DNA of 62,811 nt from Parcubacteria group bacterium GW2011_GWD2_42_14 (GTDB lineage Bacteria > Patescibacteriota > Minisyncoccia > Phycocordibacterales > UBA12088): NCBI GenBank assembly GCA_000998045.1, contig LCCS01000002.1:1-62811 (forward strand), read 5' to 3'. This document shows positions 44,547-53,516 of the stretch, one piece after another (positions within the stretch are counted from its first letter, which is position 1; every line of letters begins with the position of its first letter). A program made the translations under genes and the position numbers. Below the pieces are notes generated by a model. That model searched no databases. It was not told where the DNA came from and saw nothing but the letters and a program-made list of their open reading frames with translations.

Positions 44547-45416
44547 ATGGCTCAGATAGACAAATACTCAATACGTGATTTGAAGGCGGATTTTCCCGAC
44601 GATGATACAGCTCTTGCTTTTATATTTGATGCATTACACAGTCACCAGTGCTCTTGTGGAGGTGTATATAAAAAGGTTTCTAACCGCCGTAAGTATCAAT
44701 GTTCAAAGTGTCGTTTCCAAATAGCACCTACTGCGGGCACAATCTTTCATAAATCTGATACTCCACTAAACCTATGGTTCCACGCAATCTGGGTATTTTC
44801 AAACGCAAAGAGTGGTGTTTCAGCTAAAGAACTTGAACGACAACTCGGTGTAACGTACAAAACTGCATGGCGCATGCTAAAGCTCATAAGAGAGGCACTT
44901 GGTGTGCATGGTGGCATGCTCCGTGGTGATGTTGAAACTGACCTTGGGTACTTTGGAGGTATAAAAAGCGCTGGAGCAAATAATGTAAATTTAAGTGAGT
45001 CTATCGCACACAAATCACCAGTCATGGTTGCGATAGAGCGTGGTGGTACTATGATTGCTGAAGTAGTCACAGACGGTACGACAAAAACTCACACAAGCTT
45101 TGTAGAACGAAACATTGAAAAAGGCTCTCGCCTACTTACAGACAAGAGCAATAAATATCACAGCGTGGCAAAAGGATACGACAGATTTTCAGTAAACCAT
45201 TCAAAAGGCGAGTATGCGTGGTGCGGTATACATATTAATCACGTAGAATCGTTTTTTGCTCACGTAAAGCGTTCGATGAAGGGGACGTACAAGGTTGTTT
45301 CAAAGAAGTATCTTCAGTTGTACTTGAATCAGTTTGCGTGGCTTTACAACAATCGACACAACGACAGGGCACGGTTTGGGGCACTGCTCGGTACCGTATT
45401 GCTCGGCGTAAGATAG
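44547..45416 (+). CDS. IS1595-family transposase (zinc ribbon plus ISXO2-like DDE domain)
   Basis: The product has CSCGGVYKKVSNRRKYQCSKCRFQIAPTAGTIFHKSDTPLNLWF...AKELERQLGVTYKTAWRMLKLIR. A TTGACA-N16-TATACT promoter lies inside the left inverted repeat, with the -10 element 6 nt before the ATG. Confidence 0.85.
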   Translation: MAQIDKYSIRDLKADFPDDDTALAFIFDALHSHQCSCGGVYKKVSNRRKYQCSKCRFQIAPTAGTIFHKSDTPLNLWFHAIWVFSNAKSGVSAKELERQLGVTYKTAWRMLKLIREALGVHGGMLRGDVETDLGYFGGIKSAGANNVNLSESIAHKSPVMVAIERGGTMIAEVVTDGTTKTHTSFVERNIEKGSRLLTDKSNKYHSVAKGYDRFSVNHSKGEYAWCGIHINHVESFFAHVKRSMKGTYKVVSKKYLQLYLNQFAWLYNNRHNDRARFGALLGTVLLGVR

Positions 45417-45540
45417 ATAGAAAATGGTTTTTATTGCTTTGTTGAGCCATATATTTATCTGTGGATAAACTTGCTTTTTTTAACATTTGCTGATATACTT
45501 CCAAATAAGTATGGGAACGAGCAAACGCTCAATCCCTGAC

Positions 45541-45563
45541 AAAACCCCCCTTGAGGGGGTTTT
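45541..45563. terminator. bidirectional terminator between the transposase and DUF3800 genes
   Basis: The sequence is AAAACCCCCCTTGAGGGGGTTTT. Confidence 0.75.
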
Positions 45564-45566
45564 GCA

Positions 45567-46379
45567 TTATGCAAGTCTACGTATCCCTTTTACTTGAACA
45601 CCACCCCCATCAAGCAAGGTTATCGCTTTCTCTTCATATATCTTTGCCACTTGCTTATCGAAATCTGTTTGACCATTATACAACAACTTATCGGTCATTC
45701 TTTCTTTCACGTTAGTAAAGTGCGCACCAATATCTGCCAGTTGAGTTTCAGGATCATGGTTATTTTTTGTTACAAAAGACAAGCACGTAAGACGTTCACG
45801 CACCTCTAAACTGGTTAAACCGTCAATCCCGTTACATAAAATAGCGTTATATGCAGCCAAGATGTCACTATCCTGGTTTTTATCTGAAGCTTCAACCACA
45901 ACATGCCCACTTGCTTTTTTCTTTTTGAGCAAGTATGAAATATACATACGTAGTACCTCTTTAATCAAACGTCGAGTCAATTCTTTTTCATGTGTTGTTA
46001 CTACTTTCCATCCTTCTTCAACAGCTTTCTTTATTGGTGGATTGTTTTCAAGCCATTTTATTTTGTTTACACCAACCCATATAAACTGAAATCCAGAAGA
46101 ACTAAGGTATTGTAAAAAGTCTGCACGAAATTCATTTAAGAGTTTCTCGTTACCTTTGAAAATCTCAAAATCCCCATTCAAACGTCGTATATTGTTACCT
46201 CTGAAAACCGTCTTTGCCTTATGACCCCAGTATTTAAAACGAATTTGGTCGTCTCTTTTTTTTAAAAAATCAACATTGTTCTCATGTGTTAGTAGGGCAC
46301 CGATTGAAAAATGTGGTGCGAACGTGGCGATATTTGTCAGTGTATTTTTCCCAGACTCATCAAGATAAAGCTTAAACAT
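45567..46379 (-). CDS. DUF3800 family protein
   Basis: The N-terminus MFKLYLDESGKN fits the DUF3800 pattern as I recall it. The product is 270 aa. Confidence 0.7.
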   Translation of the reverse strand: MFKLYLDESGKNTLTNIATFAPHFSIGALLTHENNVDFLKKRDDQIRFKYWGHKAKTVFRGNNIRRLNGDFEIFKGNEKLLNEFRADFLQYLSSSGFQFIWVGVNKIKWLENNPPIKKAVEEGWKVVTTHEKELTRRLIKEVLRMYISYLLKKKKASGHVVVEASDKNQDSDILAAYNAILCNGIDGLTSLEVRERLTCLSFVTKNNHDPETQLADIGAHFTNVKERMTDKLLYNGQTDFDKQVAKIYEEKAITLLDGGGVQVKGIRRLA

Positions 46380-46487
46380 CTTGTAAATTATACGCCTAAG
46401 AACACATCACCACAACGTAATCAATTTCAATTATTATGCCATCAAGGGATAGGTGTGGATAACTCTGGGTATAAGGGGATAAAGGAC

Positions 46488-46904
46488 ATGTACCATAGAG
46501 ACGAAATGGCTCAAAATAAGCATATTGCAATCGGACAGCTTGGTGAAAAAATAGCTCAAAAATACTTGGAGAATAGAAAATTTCGCTTTATTGAGCGGAA
46601 TTTTCGGAAAAAATGGGGAGAATTAGACATTGTTATGCAGAAAGACAATGTCCTACATTTTATTGAAGTAAAAGCTGGTTCTTTTCATGATTCTGTCCCT
46701 AAGGATGGGGAAGAGTCATATAGACCAGAGGATCATATGCATTTTCATAAAAAAACTCGCATGAAGCGAATTATTCAGTCCTACCTTTTGGAAAAGAAAG
46801 TACCTCCTCATCAAGAGTGGACGATAGACCTTGTGGTTGTACATATGAACATGGAGACAAGAAAGGCGCAGGTTCGTATTTTAGAAAACATCCTTCTTGA
46901 TTAA
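46488..46904 (+). CDS. yraN: YraN/UPF0102 family endonuclease-like protein
   Basis: The product has IGQLGEKIAQKYLENRKFRFIERNFRKKWGELDIVMQKDNVLHFIEVK. The start is ATG 46488, preceded by AAAGGA. Confidence 0.75.
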   Translation: MYHRDEMAQNKHIAIGQLGEKIAQKYLENRKFRFIERNFRKKWGELDIVMQKDNVLHFIEVKAGSFHDSVPKDGEESYRPEDHMHFHKKTRMKRIIQSYLLEKKVPPHQEWTIDLVVVHMNMETRKAQVRILENILLD

Positions 46905-47150
46905 CATAAACACCTCTATACCCGTGCGACCATAGCAAAATAAAGAAAAAGGTGGTAGATTTTATCGACACATACGAAAGTGAGTAGAGGGGCACACCTC
47001 GACACTCACGAAGTAAGTGACGGGGTGTACCCTGTAGCTGAATTTCAATTCAGCTACGCTGGCACATCTTGTAATATTTGAGGTAAGATTCGTATTCAAG
47101 TTCAAGTGGTTATTTTTCGATGAAAGTATTAACCAATTGAAATTTCACTA

Positions 47151-47221
47151 CGGGGTGTAGCATAGTGGCAGTGTTCGCGGTTTGGGACCGCGCGGTCCGG
47201 GTTCGATTCCCGGCACCCCGA
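47151..47221 (+). tRNA. tRNA-Pro(TGG)
   Basis: Acceptor CGGGGTG/CACCCCG, anticodon loop TTTGGGA and T arm CCGGG-TTCGATT-CCCGG. Confidence 0.9.
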
Positions 47222-47273
47222 CAAAATAGTAAAACCGAAGGTATACCTTCGGTTTTACTATTTTGTCGGGGTG
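47214..47273. repeat. perfect 28-bp-stem palindrome that includes the 3' acceptor strand of tRNA-Pro
   Basis: CACCCCGACAAAATAGTAAAACCGAAGG, a TATA loop, then CCTTCGGTTTTACTATTTTGTCGGGGTG. Confidence 0.9.
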
Positions 47274-47398
47274 AGCAAGCAACCAATGTTGCTTGCGTCC
47301 GGAATCGCACCACAAGAGTATTTCCATTTTCATAGTCGTTGTCATTCCTTGAAAATTTGGTCAAGCCACGGAACATGTTCCGTGGCGCGAGGAACTGT

Positions 47399-47476
47399 GA
47401 GTGGCCGTCCAAGAATGCGAGAAGTTTTGAGTGCAGATCACGAAAAAACATCCGCAATTCTGGGACGATTCCTGGC
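47399..47476 (+). ncRNA. conserved tRNA-linked structured element, copy 2
   Basis: GAGTGGCCGTCCAAGAATGCGAG, then a different hairpin, then ATCCGCAATTCTGGGACGATTCCTGGC. Confidence 0.5.
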
Positions 47477-47567
47477 TCCTTTATTTTGTACAACGTAATA
47501 TTGTTGATACTATTACTAATATGAATTTGCACAATAACGAGTTAGGTGAAATTGAGTTCAAACAATT

Positions 47568-48062
47568 ATGAACAAAACATTGTTCATTCTCATAGGTCTA
47601 AAAGGTAGTGGAAAAACACACATTGGCTCACTAATTCAACGTAAACTTGGAATTCAGTTTTTTCGTGTTGAAGACGTATGGCTTGAATTGAAAGAAGAAA
47701 AATTTTCCGAAGAATATATTAGAAAAGGCTTTTCTTTAGTCGCGGAAAAAATTGACGAGAAATTCAAAGAAGCAAATAGATTAGTCATTGAATCAACGGC
47801 GGCGCATCAAGAATTCCACAATTTACTTGCACGACTGAAAGATAAATATGAAGTAAAACTTATAAAAATTATGGCGCCTCCAGATCTTTGCTTAAAACGT
47901 ACAAAAACAAGAGTTCAATCTATTCACATTCCTGTATCAGATGATCGTGTTGAGGTTATAAACCGAAAAGCCTTTTCTGTGAACTTACCATTTGATCTCG
48001 TTATCGAAAATGAAAAAGGAACTGACAAAGAAATAGTGGGAAATTTTTCTTCACTCCTTTAA
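47568..48062 (+). CDS. P-loop NTPase or kinase-like protein (AAA_33 / shikimate-kinase-like)
   Basis: The Walker A motif is LIGLKGSGKTHIG. The product is 164 aa. Confidence 0.6.
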   Translation: MNKTLFILIGLKGSGKTHIGSLIQRKLGIQFFRVEDVWLELKEEKFSEEYIRKGFSLVAEKIDEKFKEANRLVIESTAAHQEFHNLLARLKDKYEVKLIKIMAPPDLCLKRTKTRVQSIHIPVSDDRVEVINRKAFSVNLPFDLVIENEKGTDKEIVGNFSSLL

Positions 48063-48223
48063 ATGTTTGAACTCAACATCACCTAACAGCGACTAAGCGG
48101 TTTACTCACTCCACTACGCTCCGTTCCGTTCACTCTCCCGTCCAAATTTCCTCTCCGCTTCGCTTCATTGGGAAATCGATTGCATGCCAAAATAAGGTTA
48201 AATATTATGGTATCCTGTAAGCC

Positions 48224-48823
48224 ATGAAAACAGTCGTACTAATTCACGGAGGTGACTTCCATCCTTCACATGAGGCGTACGTTGATAGTTTACAGACTGC
48301 AAAAGTAGATATTGACCGACTATGCCCTTCGATAAATTGGAAGCAAACCTTACAAGAAGAACTCGGTGAGGACTACGAAGTGTTTTTACCTTACATGCCT
48401 TTGCGTGACAATGCAGAATACGAACTCTGGAAATTGTGGTTTGAGAAAGTTATGGGAGCACTTAATCGTCCTTGTGTTTTGATAGGGCACTCTCTTGGGG
48501 CAATGTTTTTGCTTAAGTATCTTTCAGAGCAGAAACCAAAGAATTTGATTAAGGCTTTATTTTTAATTGCTCCAGAGTACTTGGGTTCCAAAAAAGAACA
48601 TGAGAAGACATGTTTTGATTTAAAAGAAGATATTTCGTCTATTACTGAAGTAGTTCAACAGATAGTCTTCTTTCATAGTGAAAATGATCCTGTAGTGCTG
48701 TATGAAAATCAATCCATCTTTCAAAAGTTGCTTCCGAAGGCACAATACATAACGCTTTCTGATAAAGGTCATTTTAACGTGGAGCAGTTCCCTGAATTGC
48801 TCGAAAGAATCAAGGAGGTGTAA
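48224..48823 (+). CDS. alpha/beta hydrolase (YdeN/RBBP9-like serine hydrolase)
   Basis: The nucleophile elbow is LIGHSLGA, and a late GHFN motif is present. The product is about 200 aa. Confidence 0.65.
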   Translation: MKTVVLIHGGDFHPSHEAYVDSLQTAKVDIDRLCPSINWKQTLQEELGEDYEVFLPYMPLRDNAEYELWKLWFEKVMGALNRPCVLIGHSLGAMFLLKYLSEQKPKNLIKALFLIAPEYLGSKKEHEKTCFDLKEDISSITEVVQQIVFFHSENDPVVLYENQSIFQKLLPKAQYITLSDKGHFNVEQFPELLERIKEV

Positions 48824-48906
48824 ACCTACAATCCTGTTAAAATTACTTTTTGTAAGTTACACTTGGAGTATAGACAACCAACGTATTCGCGTAGGTGTTC
48901 CGCATA

Positions 48907-49470
48907 ATGAAACAAGAAAAAGCATATCTAGAAGCATTTGAAAAATATGCCGACGTGTTGTATCGGCATGCCTTTTTTCGTGTTTCAGATGCAGAACGTG
49001 CGAAAGATATTGTTTCAGACACCTTTATGCGTACGTGGGACTATATAGGAAAAGGGAACACAATAGATAATTTCAGACCTTTTCTTTATAGAACGCTCAA
49101 CCATCTAATTATCGACGAGTATAGAAAAAAGAAGACTGAATCCTTAGATTCGATTCTTAATGAGCGTGATGTTCCCGAAGGTGTGTTTGATGAACTTATA
49201 GAAGGTAGTTTAGAGGAAGTTGAGTTCTCACTTGATGCTAAAAGAATTCCACTTCTGCTCGAGCAGATGCCAAAAAAACATCAAGAAGTTGTTTTGATGC
49301 GCTATGTTGATGGGCTTTTACCGGCCGAAATAGCAGATATATTGGGTAAGCCTGTGAATACCATATCTGTTCGAATACATCGCGGAGTGTCCTGGTTACG
49401 TAAGAATGCCGACCTTCCTGTGTCATATACTATGACAGACGATGAGATTGGTAAGAAACGTAATAAATAA
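48907..49470 (+). CDS. ECF-type RNA polymerase sigma-70 factor
   Basis: Region 2 is YRHAFFRV...DIVSDTFMRTWDY. Region 4 is MRYVDGLLPAEIADILGKPVNTISVRIHRGVSWLRK. Confidence 0.85.
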   Translation: MKQEKAYLEAFEKYADVLYRHAFFRVSDAERAKDIVSDTFMRTWDYIGKGNTIDNFRPFLYRTLNHLIIDEYRKKKTESLDSILNERDVPEGVFDELIEGSLEEVEFSLDAKRIPLLLEQMPKKHQEVVLMRYVDGLLPAEIADILGKPVNTISVRIHRGVSWLRKNADLPVSYTMTDDEIGKKRNK

Positions 49471-49512
49471 GCCAAATATTATCTTTGGGAGAAGGGTATA
49501 TAATGTTTAAGA

Positions 49513-51372
49513 ATGGAAAATTTACACGAACAATTTAAAAAGGCAACAAAATCGATAGCCCTCACACAGGAAGAAAAGGTTGCTATGCGCGAAAAACTTG
49601 TATTGTATATGGAATATAAGCCTATTAGGGGCACCTTTTCAGCACACGAGCACAGTCTCATCGAGAGGTTTTCAATTCCATTTTTTCGAGCACATCATTT
49701 CACTGGAGCTCTTTTGATTGCTGCCATTGTTGCAAGTAGCACGTTTGGTGTTTCTTTTGCCGCAGAAGATTCACTACCTGGAGATCTGTTATATAACGTC
49801 AAGGTTAACATTAACGAAGAAATAAAGGCTGTATTTCTCTCTTCCGATGAGTCACGTATTACATGGGAACGTGAGCGTGCTGAGCGACGCCTTGTAGAAG
49901 CTAGTCAACTTGAAGCTGAAGGAAGACTTGATGATGAAAAGCAACAGAAAGTTTCTGAACTTTTTGCTGAGCATACGAGTGCTATGGTGGAAAAAGTGCG
50001 AGCAGTAGAAGAATCCGACCCTGTGTTTGCAGCAGAAATGTCGAGTATGCTTGAAGATTCACTAGATGCACACGAAGCCGTACTTGCACGACTTATTGTT
50101 GAACAAGAAAACGGCTCTGATGAAGGTGCTCGTGAATTGGTTGCACAAGTGCGAACCGTGGCAATGGAAGTAGAAAAAATACGAAATGAGGCTGAAGAAA
50201 AAATAGCTATTGATGAAGCTGAGCTAACCAATACGGTTGATGTAAAGGAAGGTCAATCAGAAGTTGCTAAGGTACCATCTGGTGAACCAAATACTGAATC
50301 GGTAAATTTGCGTGTACGAGCTGCGTACAGAGCACAAGAGCGGGCGAGCAACCTTCTTGCGGAGGTAAAAGAGTTGGAAACAACACTTGAACCTGAATCC
50401 GAACTTGCACAACAAGCACGAGGACAAATTGCATTTGGAGAAGAGCTTATAGGTTCTGGCGAAGTCTCCCTGTCAGAGAACAATTTAGGTGATGCGTACG
50501 GGAAATTTAGAAAAGCATCTGCCTCGTTGCAGAAGGTGTTACAGTTATTAGAGGTGGCAACACTTTTCTCAATCGAAATATACCCAGACAAGGAGTCTGT
50601 GATCCCAGAATCCAGTACCCAAGAAAATCAACATGTAGAAATAACGGAAGATGAGGATATGTTGCAAGAGTTGCAAAGTACCCGTATACGTATTCAAAAC
50701 GAAATTGCAATTGCTCGTAAACTTCTCTTAACACAAGAAGGGCACAACGATAATGATGTTGAAAAGGCAAATAACCGTATAAAAGATGCCCTCTCACACC
50801 TTATGCGTGGTGAAATTGCTGTGGTCTTAAATGATTACGCAGATGCGACAGAACTTTTTGAGCAAGCAGAAAAGCTTACTGCGGAGACAATCCTGATTTT
50901 AGAAGTAGCTAGACAGGAAGATGAAGTGAATGATGTACCTGTTCCTGAAGTACCACAAAACGATACCAATCCAGCTGAACCAGCTGAAAATCCTCAAGGC
51001 GAGACACGTATACTTAATCACCTGTATAAGGATGGTAAGCATACATACACTGGTTCAATAACGCTTCAATCACCATGTCACACACTAGAGCACACTGCTT
51101 TTGTAGCAGAATCTTTTCCTGAACAAATACATGTAGATCTTACAGTGAAAGATCCCGAGGCTGGCACTGTGTGTATTCAGGCACTGCAAGAAGTTGCATT
51201 TACCGTAGAGGCGCAGGCAAGCGAGCAGGCAGTACTTACAGGTGTACGACTGAATGGAGAAGATCAAAAGTGGGAGCTTAAAGAAGTACAATTACGGGAT
51301 GGTGCTAAAGACTCACAAGGGTTAATGCAGCAGGTGTATCAAATTGAATCTTTGAAAAAAGGTAACCTTTAA
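49513..51372 (+). CDS. membrane protein with a DUF5667-like domain; putative anti-sigma partner
   Basis: It immediately follows the ECF sigma gene. It has one transmembrane helix, then LPGDLLYNVKVNINEEIK, the DUF5667 hallmark as I recall it, and a long helical region. Confidence 0.55.
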   Translation: MENLHEQFKKATKSIALTQEEKVAMREKLVLYMEYKPIRGTFSAHEHSLIERFSIPFFRAHHFTGALLIAAIVASSTFGVSFAAEDSLPGDLLYNVKVNINEEIKAVFLSSDESRITWERERAERRLVEASQLEAEGRLDDEKQQKVSELFAEHTSAMVEKVRAVEESDPVFAAEMSSMLEDSLDAHEAVLARLIVEQENGSDEGARELVAQVRTVAMEVEKIRNEAEEKIAIDEAELTNTVDVKEGQSEVAKVPSGEPNTESVNLRVRAAYRAQERASNLLAEVKELETTLEPESELAQQARGQIAFGEELIGSGEVSLSENNLGDAYGKFRKASASLQKVLQLLEVATLFSIEIYPDKESVIPESSTQENQHVEITEDEDMLQELQSTRIRIQNEIAIARKLLLTQEGHNDNDVEKANNRIKDALSHLMRGEIAVVLNDYADATELFEQAEKLTAETILILEVARQEDEVNDVPVPEVPQNDTNPAEPAENPQGETRILNHLYKDGKHTYTGSITLQSPCHTLEHTAFVAESFPEQIHVDLTVKDPEAGTVCIQALQEVAFTVEAQASEQAVLTGVRLNGEDQKWELKEVQLRDGAKDSQGLMQQVYQIESLKKGNL

Positions 51373-51692
51373 AACTTTGGACTTACACCTATTTCGAGTA
51401 TGCGATTCGGTATGAAAGAGAATACAACCGAAGTATTTTATGTGAAAAACAAATGAAGTAGGCAAATACGAAAATCTTTGCTACAATGTTTTTATACGGA
51501 ACACGCGGATGAATTTTATTGAAATAATTTCAGAGAAACCGTTCCAAACTGCATGTTTTCAAAGCTTAAGAACTACATAAATCAACGGACACAAGTAAGT
51601 ATGCTGTCCAATTTTGTTTAGAGCGTTTGTTTATATGACGCTGTAATTCCTAATATTGGAGACTTGCATTGGAATGGGACTCGATTCTTATT

Positions 51693-53219
51693 ATGTCCCC
51701 TATCACAATATTTATAGTACTGGGCACCACACTTATTGGTGTAGCTTTTGGTTACTATTTGCGCTACATCATAGCTGCGGGTAAACGAGGCTCAATGGAA
51801 CTTGAGGTGAAGCAGATGATGTTGGAAGCGAAAGAGAAAGCCAAAAACATTGAAGAAGTTGCGGAGAAAAAAATAGAAGAGGCGAAAAAAGAAGCCGAAA
51901 AAGAAATAAAAGAAAAGCAGGAGTTTATCAAAAAGTCAGAGTCCCGTATTCTTGATCGTGAAGCGTTTTTGGATAAGCGCCAACAGGATTTAGACAAGGA
52001 GATAGAGCATGTAAAGGCAAAAATAGAAAATGTGCACAGCGTAAAAGCTCGTGTTGATGAACTGAAGTCAGAAGTCGACCAAGAAATAGAACGAATCGCA
52101 AAACTCACAAAAGACGAGGCAAAAGAAGAGCTCATGAGCCGTATAGAGCACGAGAGCCAAGAAGACATGGTTGTTCGCATGCAAAAGCTTGAGCGCTTTG
52201 GTGCGGAGAAACTTGAGCGAAAAGCAATGGATATATTAACCACTGCGATACATCGACTTGGCAATGCGGTTACGACAGATGTACTTACTACCTCAATAGC
52301 ATTACCAAATGAAGATATCAAAGGAAAGATTATCGGCAAAGAGGGGCGAAATATCCGTGCTTTTGAACGAGCAACTGGTGTTGATGTGCTTATTGACGAT
52401 ACCCCAGGGCTTATTACGCTTTCCTGTTTTGACCCTGTTCGTCGACAGATAGCACGTGTTGCACTTGAAAATCTTATTATTGATGGGCGTATACAGCCGG
52501 CAAAAATTGAAGAGCAAGTTCAGAAGGCTACCGATGAGATAAATCGTATCATTAAGGAAAAAGCTGAGCAGGCTGCTTATGAGGTAGGAGTAATGAACCT
52601 TGACCCACGTGTCTTGATGGTTCTCGGACGATTGCATTTCCGTACATCGTATGGACAAAATGTGTTGCAACACTCTGTCGAAATGGCTCATATTGCGGGA
52701 CTATTGGCTGAGGAGCTGGGCGCAGATGTGCAGGTAGCTCGAGCTGGAGCACTTGTACATGATATCGGTAAAGCTGTAGATCATGATGTACAAGGGACGC
52801 ATGTTGAGATTGGACGCCGTATCCTTCTTAAGTTTGGTGTTGATGAAAAAGTCATTTCTTCAATGCAAAGTCACCATGGAGAATACCCATACGAGACGCC
52901 CGAGTCCATCATTATTCAGGTTGCCGACTCAATTTCAGGAGGAAGGCCGGGAGCTCGTCGAGACTCCGTAGAAAACTACCTTAAACGTCTTACGGACCTT
53001 GAGAATATTGCGAACAGTTTTGAAGGTGTTGAAAAAAGTTATGCAATAGCAGCTGGACGGGAAGTGCGTATTTTTGTACGACCAGAAAGTGTGAGTGATC
53101 TTGAAGCACGAGACCTCGCTCGAAGTATTGCAACCAAAGTAGAGCAAGAGCTCAAATACCCTGGTGAAATCAAAATCGCTGTCATTCGAGAGAATAGGGC
53201 GATAGAGTACGCTCGATAG
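51693..53219 (+). CDS. rny: ribonuclease Y
   Basis: An N-terminal transmembrane helix and a coiled coil are followed by a KH domain (GKIIGKEGRNIRAFE) and an HD domain (ALVHDIGKA). Confidence 0.92.
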   Translation: MSPITIFIVLGTTLIGVAFGYYLRYIIAAGKRGSMELEVKQMMLEAKEKAKNIEEVAEKKIEEAKKEAEKEIKEKQEFIKKSESRILDREAFLDKRQQDLDKEIEHVKAKIENVHSVKARVDELKSEVDQEIERIAKLTKDEAKEELMSRIEHESQEDMVVRMQKLERFGAEKLERKAMDILTTAIHRLGNAVTTDVLTTSIALPNEDIKGKIIGKEGRNIRAFERATGVDVLIDDTPGLITLSCFDPVRRQIARVALENLIIDGRIQPAKIEEQVQKATDEINRIIKEKAEQAAYEVGVMNLDPRVLMVLGRLHFRTSYGQNVLQHSVEMAHIAGLLAEELGADVQVARAGALVHDIGKAVDHDVQGTHVEIGRRILLKFGVDEKVISSMQSHHGEYPYETPESIIIQVADSISGGRPGARRDSVENYLKRLTDLENIANSFEGVEKSYAIAAGREVRIFVRPESVSDLEARDLARSIATKVEQELKYPGEIKIAVIRENRAIEYAR

Positions 53220-53222
53220 AAA

Positions 53223-53347
53223 TAGGACATACGGAAACGGCGCAGTTCTTTGTTGTGCTACACAAAATACTACTCATCGTACTACCTCATACGCCTCGTA
53301 GTATTTTGTTTGCACGCCTCGAACTTCATCCGTTTGCGTAAGTCCTA
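53223..53347 (+). repeat. 125-bp MITE-like palindromic element, copy B
   Basis: The ends are TAGGACATACGGAAACGG and CCGTTTGCGTAAGTCCTA, with an inner stem ACAAAATACTAC/GTAGTATTTTGT. It is colinear with 8916-9040 and starts 3 nt after the rny TAG stop. Confidence 0.7.
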
Positions 53348-53482
53348 ATGTAACTAACAAGTCTTATTCAAAGCTTGTTTTGCTATTGTTAAATATAAAA
53401 TAGTATTGCGTAGTTTTTTTTTAAAATAGGTATATTTATCAAGGTATCCAGGGATTTTTATAATTTTTATTTTCTAACATCA

Positions 53483-53516
53483 TTATTTTGAAATATAATC
53501 CAGTATTTCAAAATAA
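53483..53516. promoter_or_regulatory. 13-bp perfect inverted repeat in the AT-rich gap
   Basis: TTATTTTGAAATA, 8 nt of spacer, then TATTTCAAAATAA. Confidence 0.4.

Larger units (their letters stand above)
44501..46457 (+). mobile_element. complete IS1595-family (ISXO2-like) insertion sequence carrying a DUF3800 passenger gene
   Basis: The left inverted repeat CATACCTATCCCTTGACAGCATAAT (44501-44525) matches the reverse complement of the right one (46433-46457) at 22 of 25 positions. A perfect 8-bp direct repeat GATAACTC flanks the element at 44493-44500 and 46458-46465. Confidence 0.75.
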
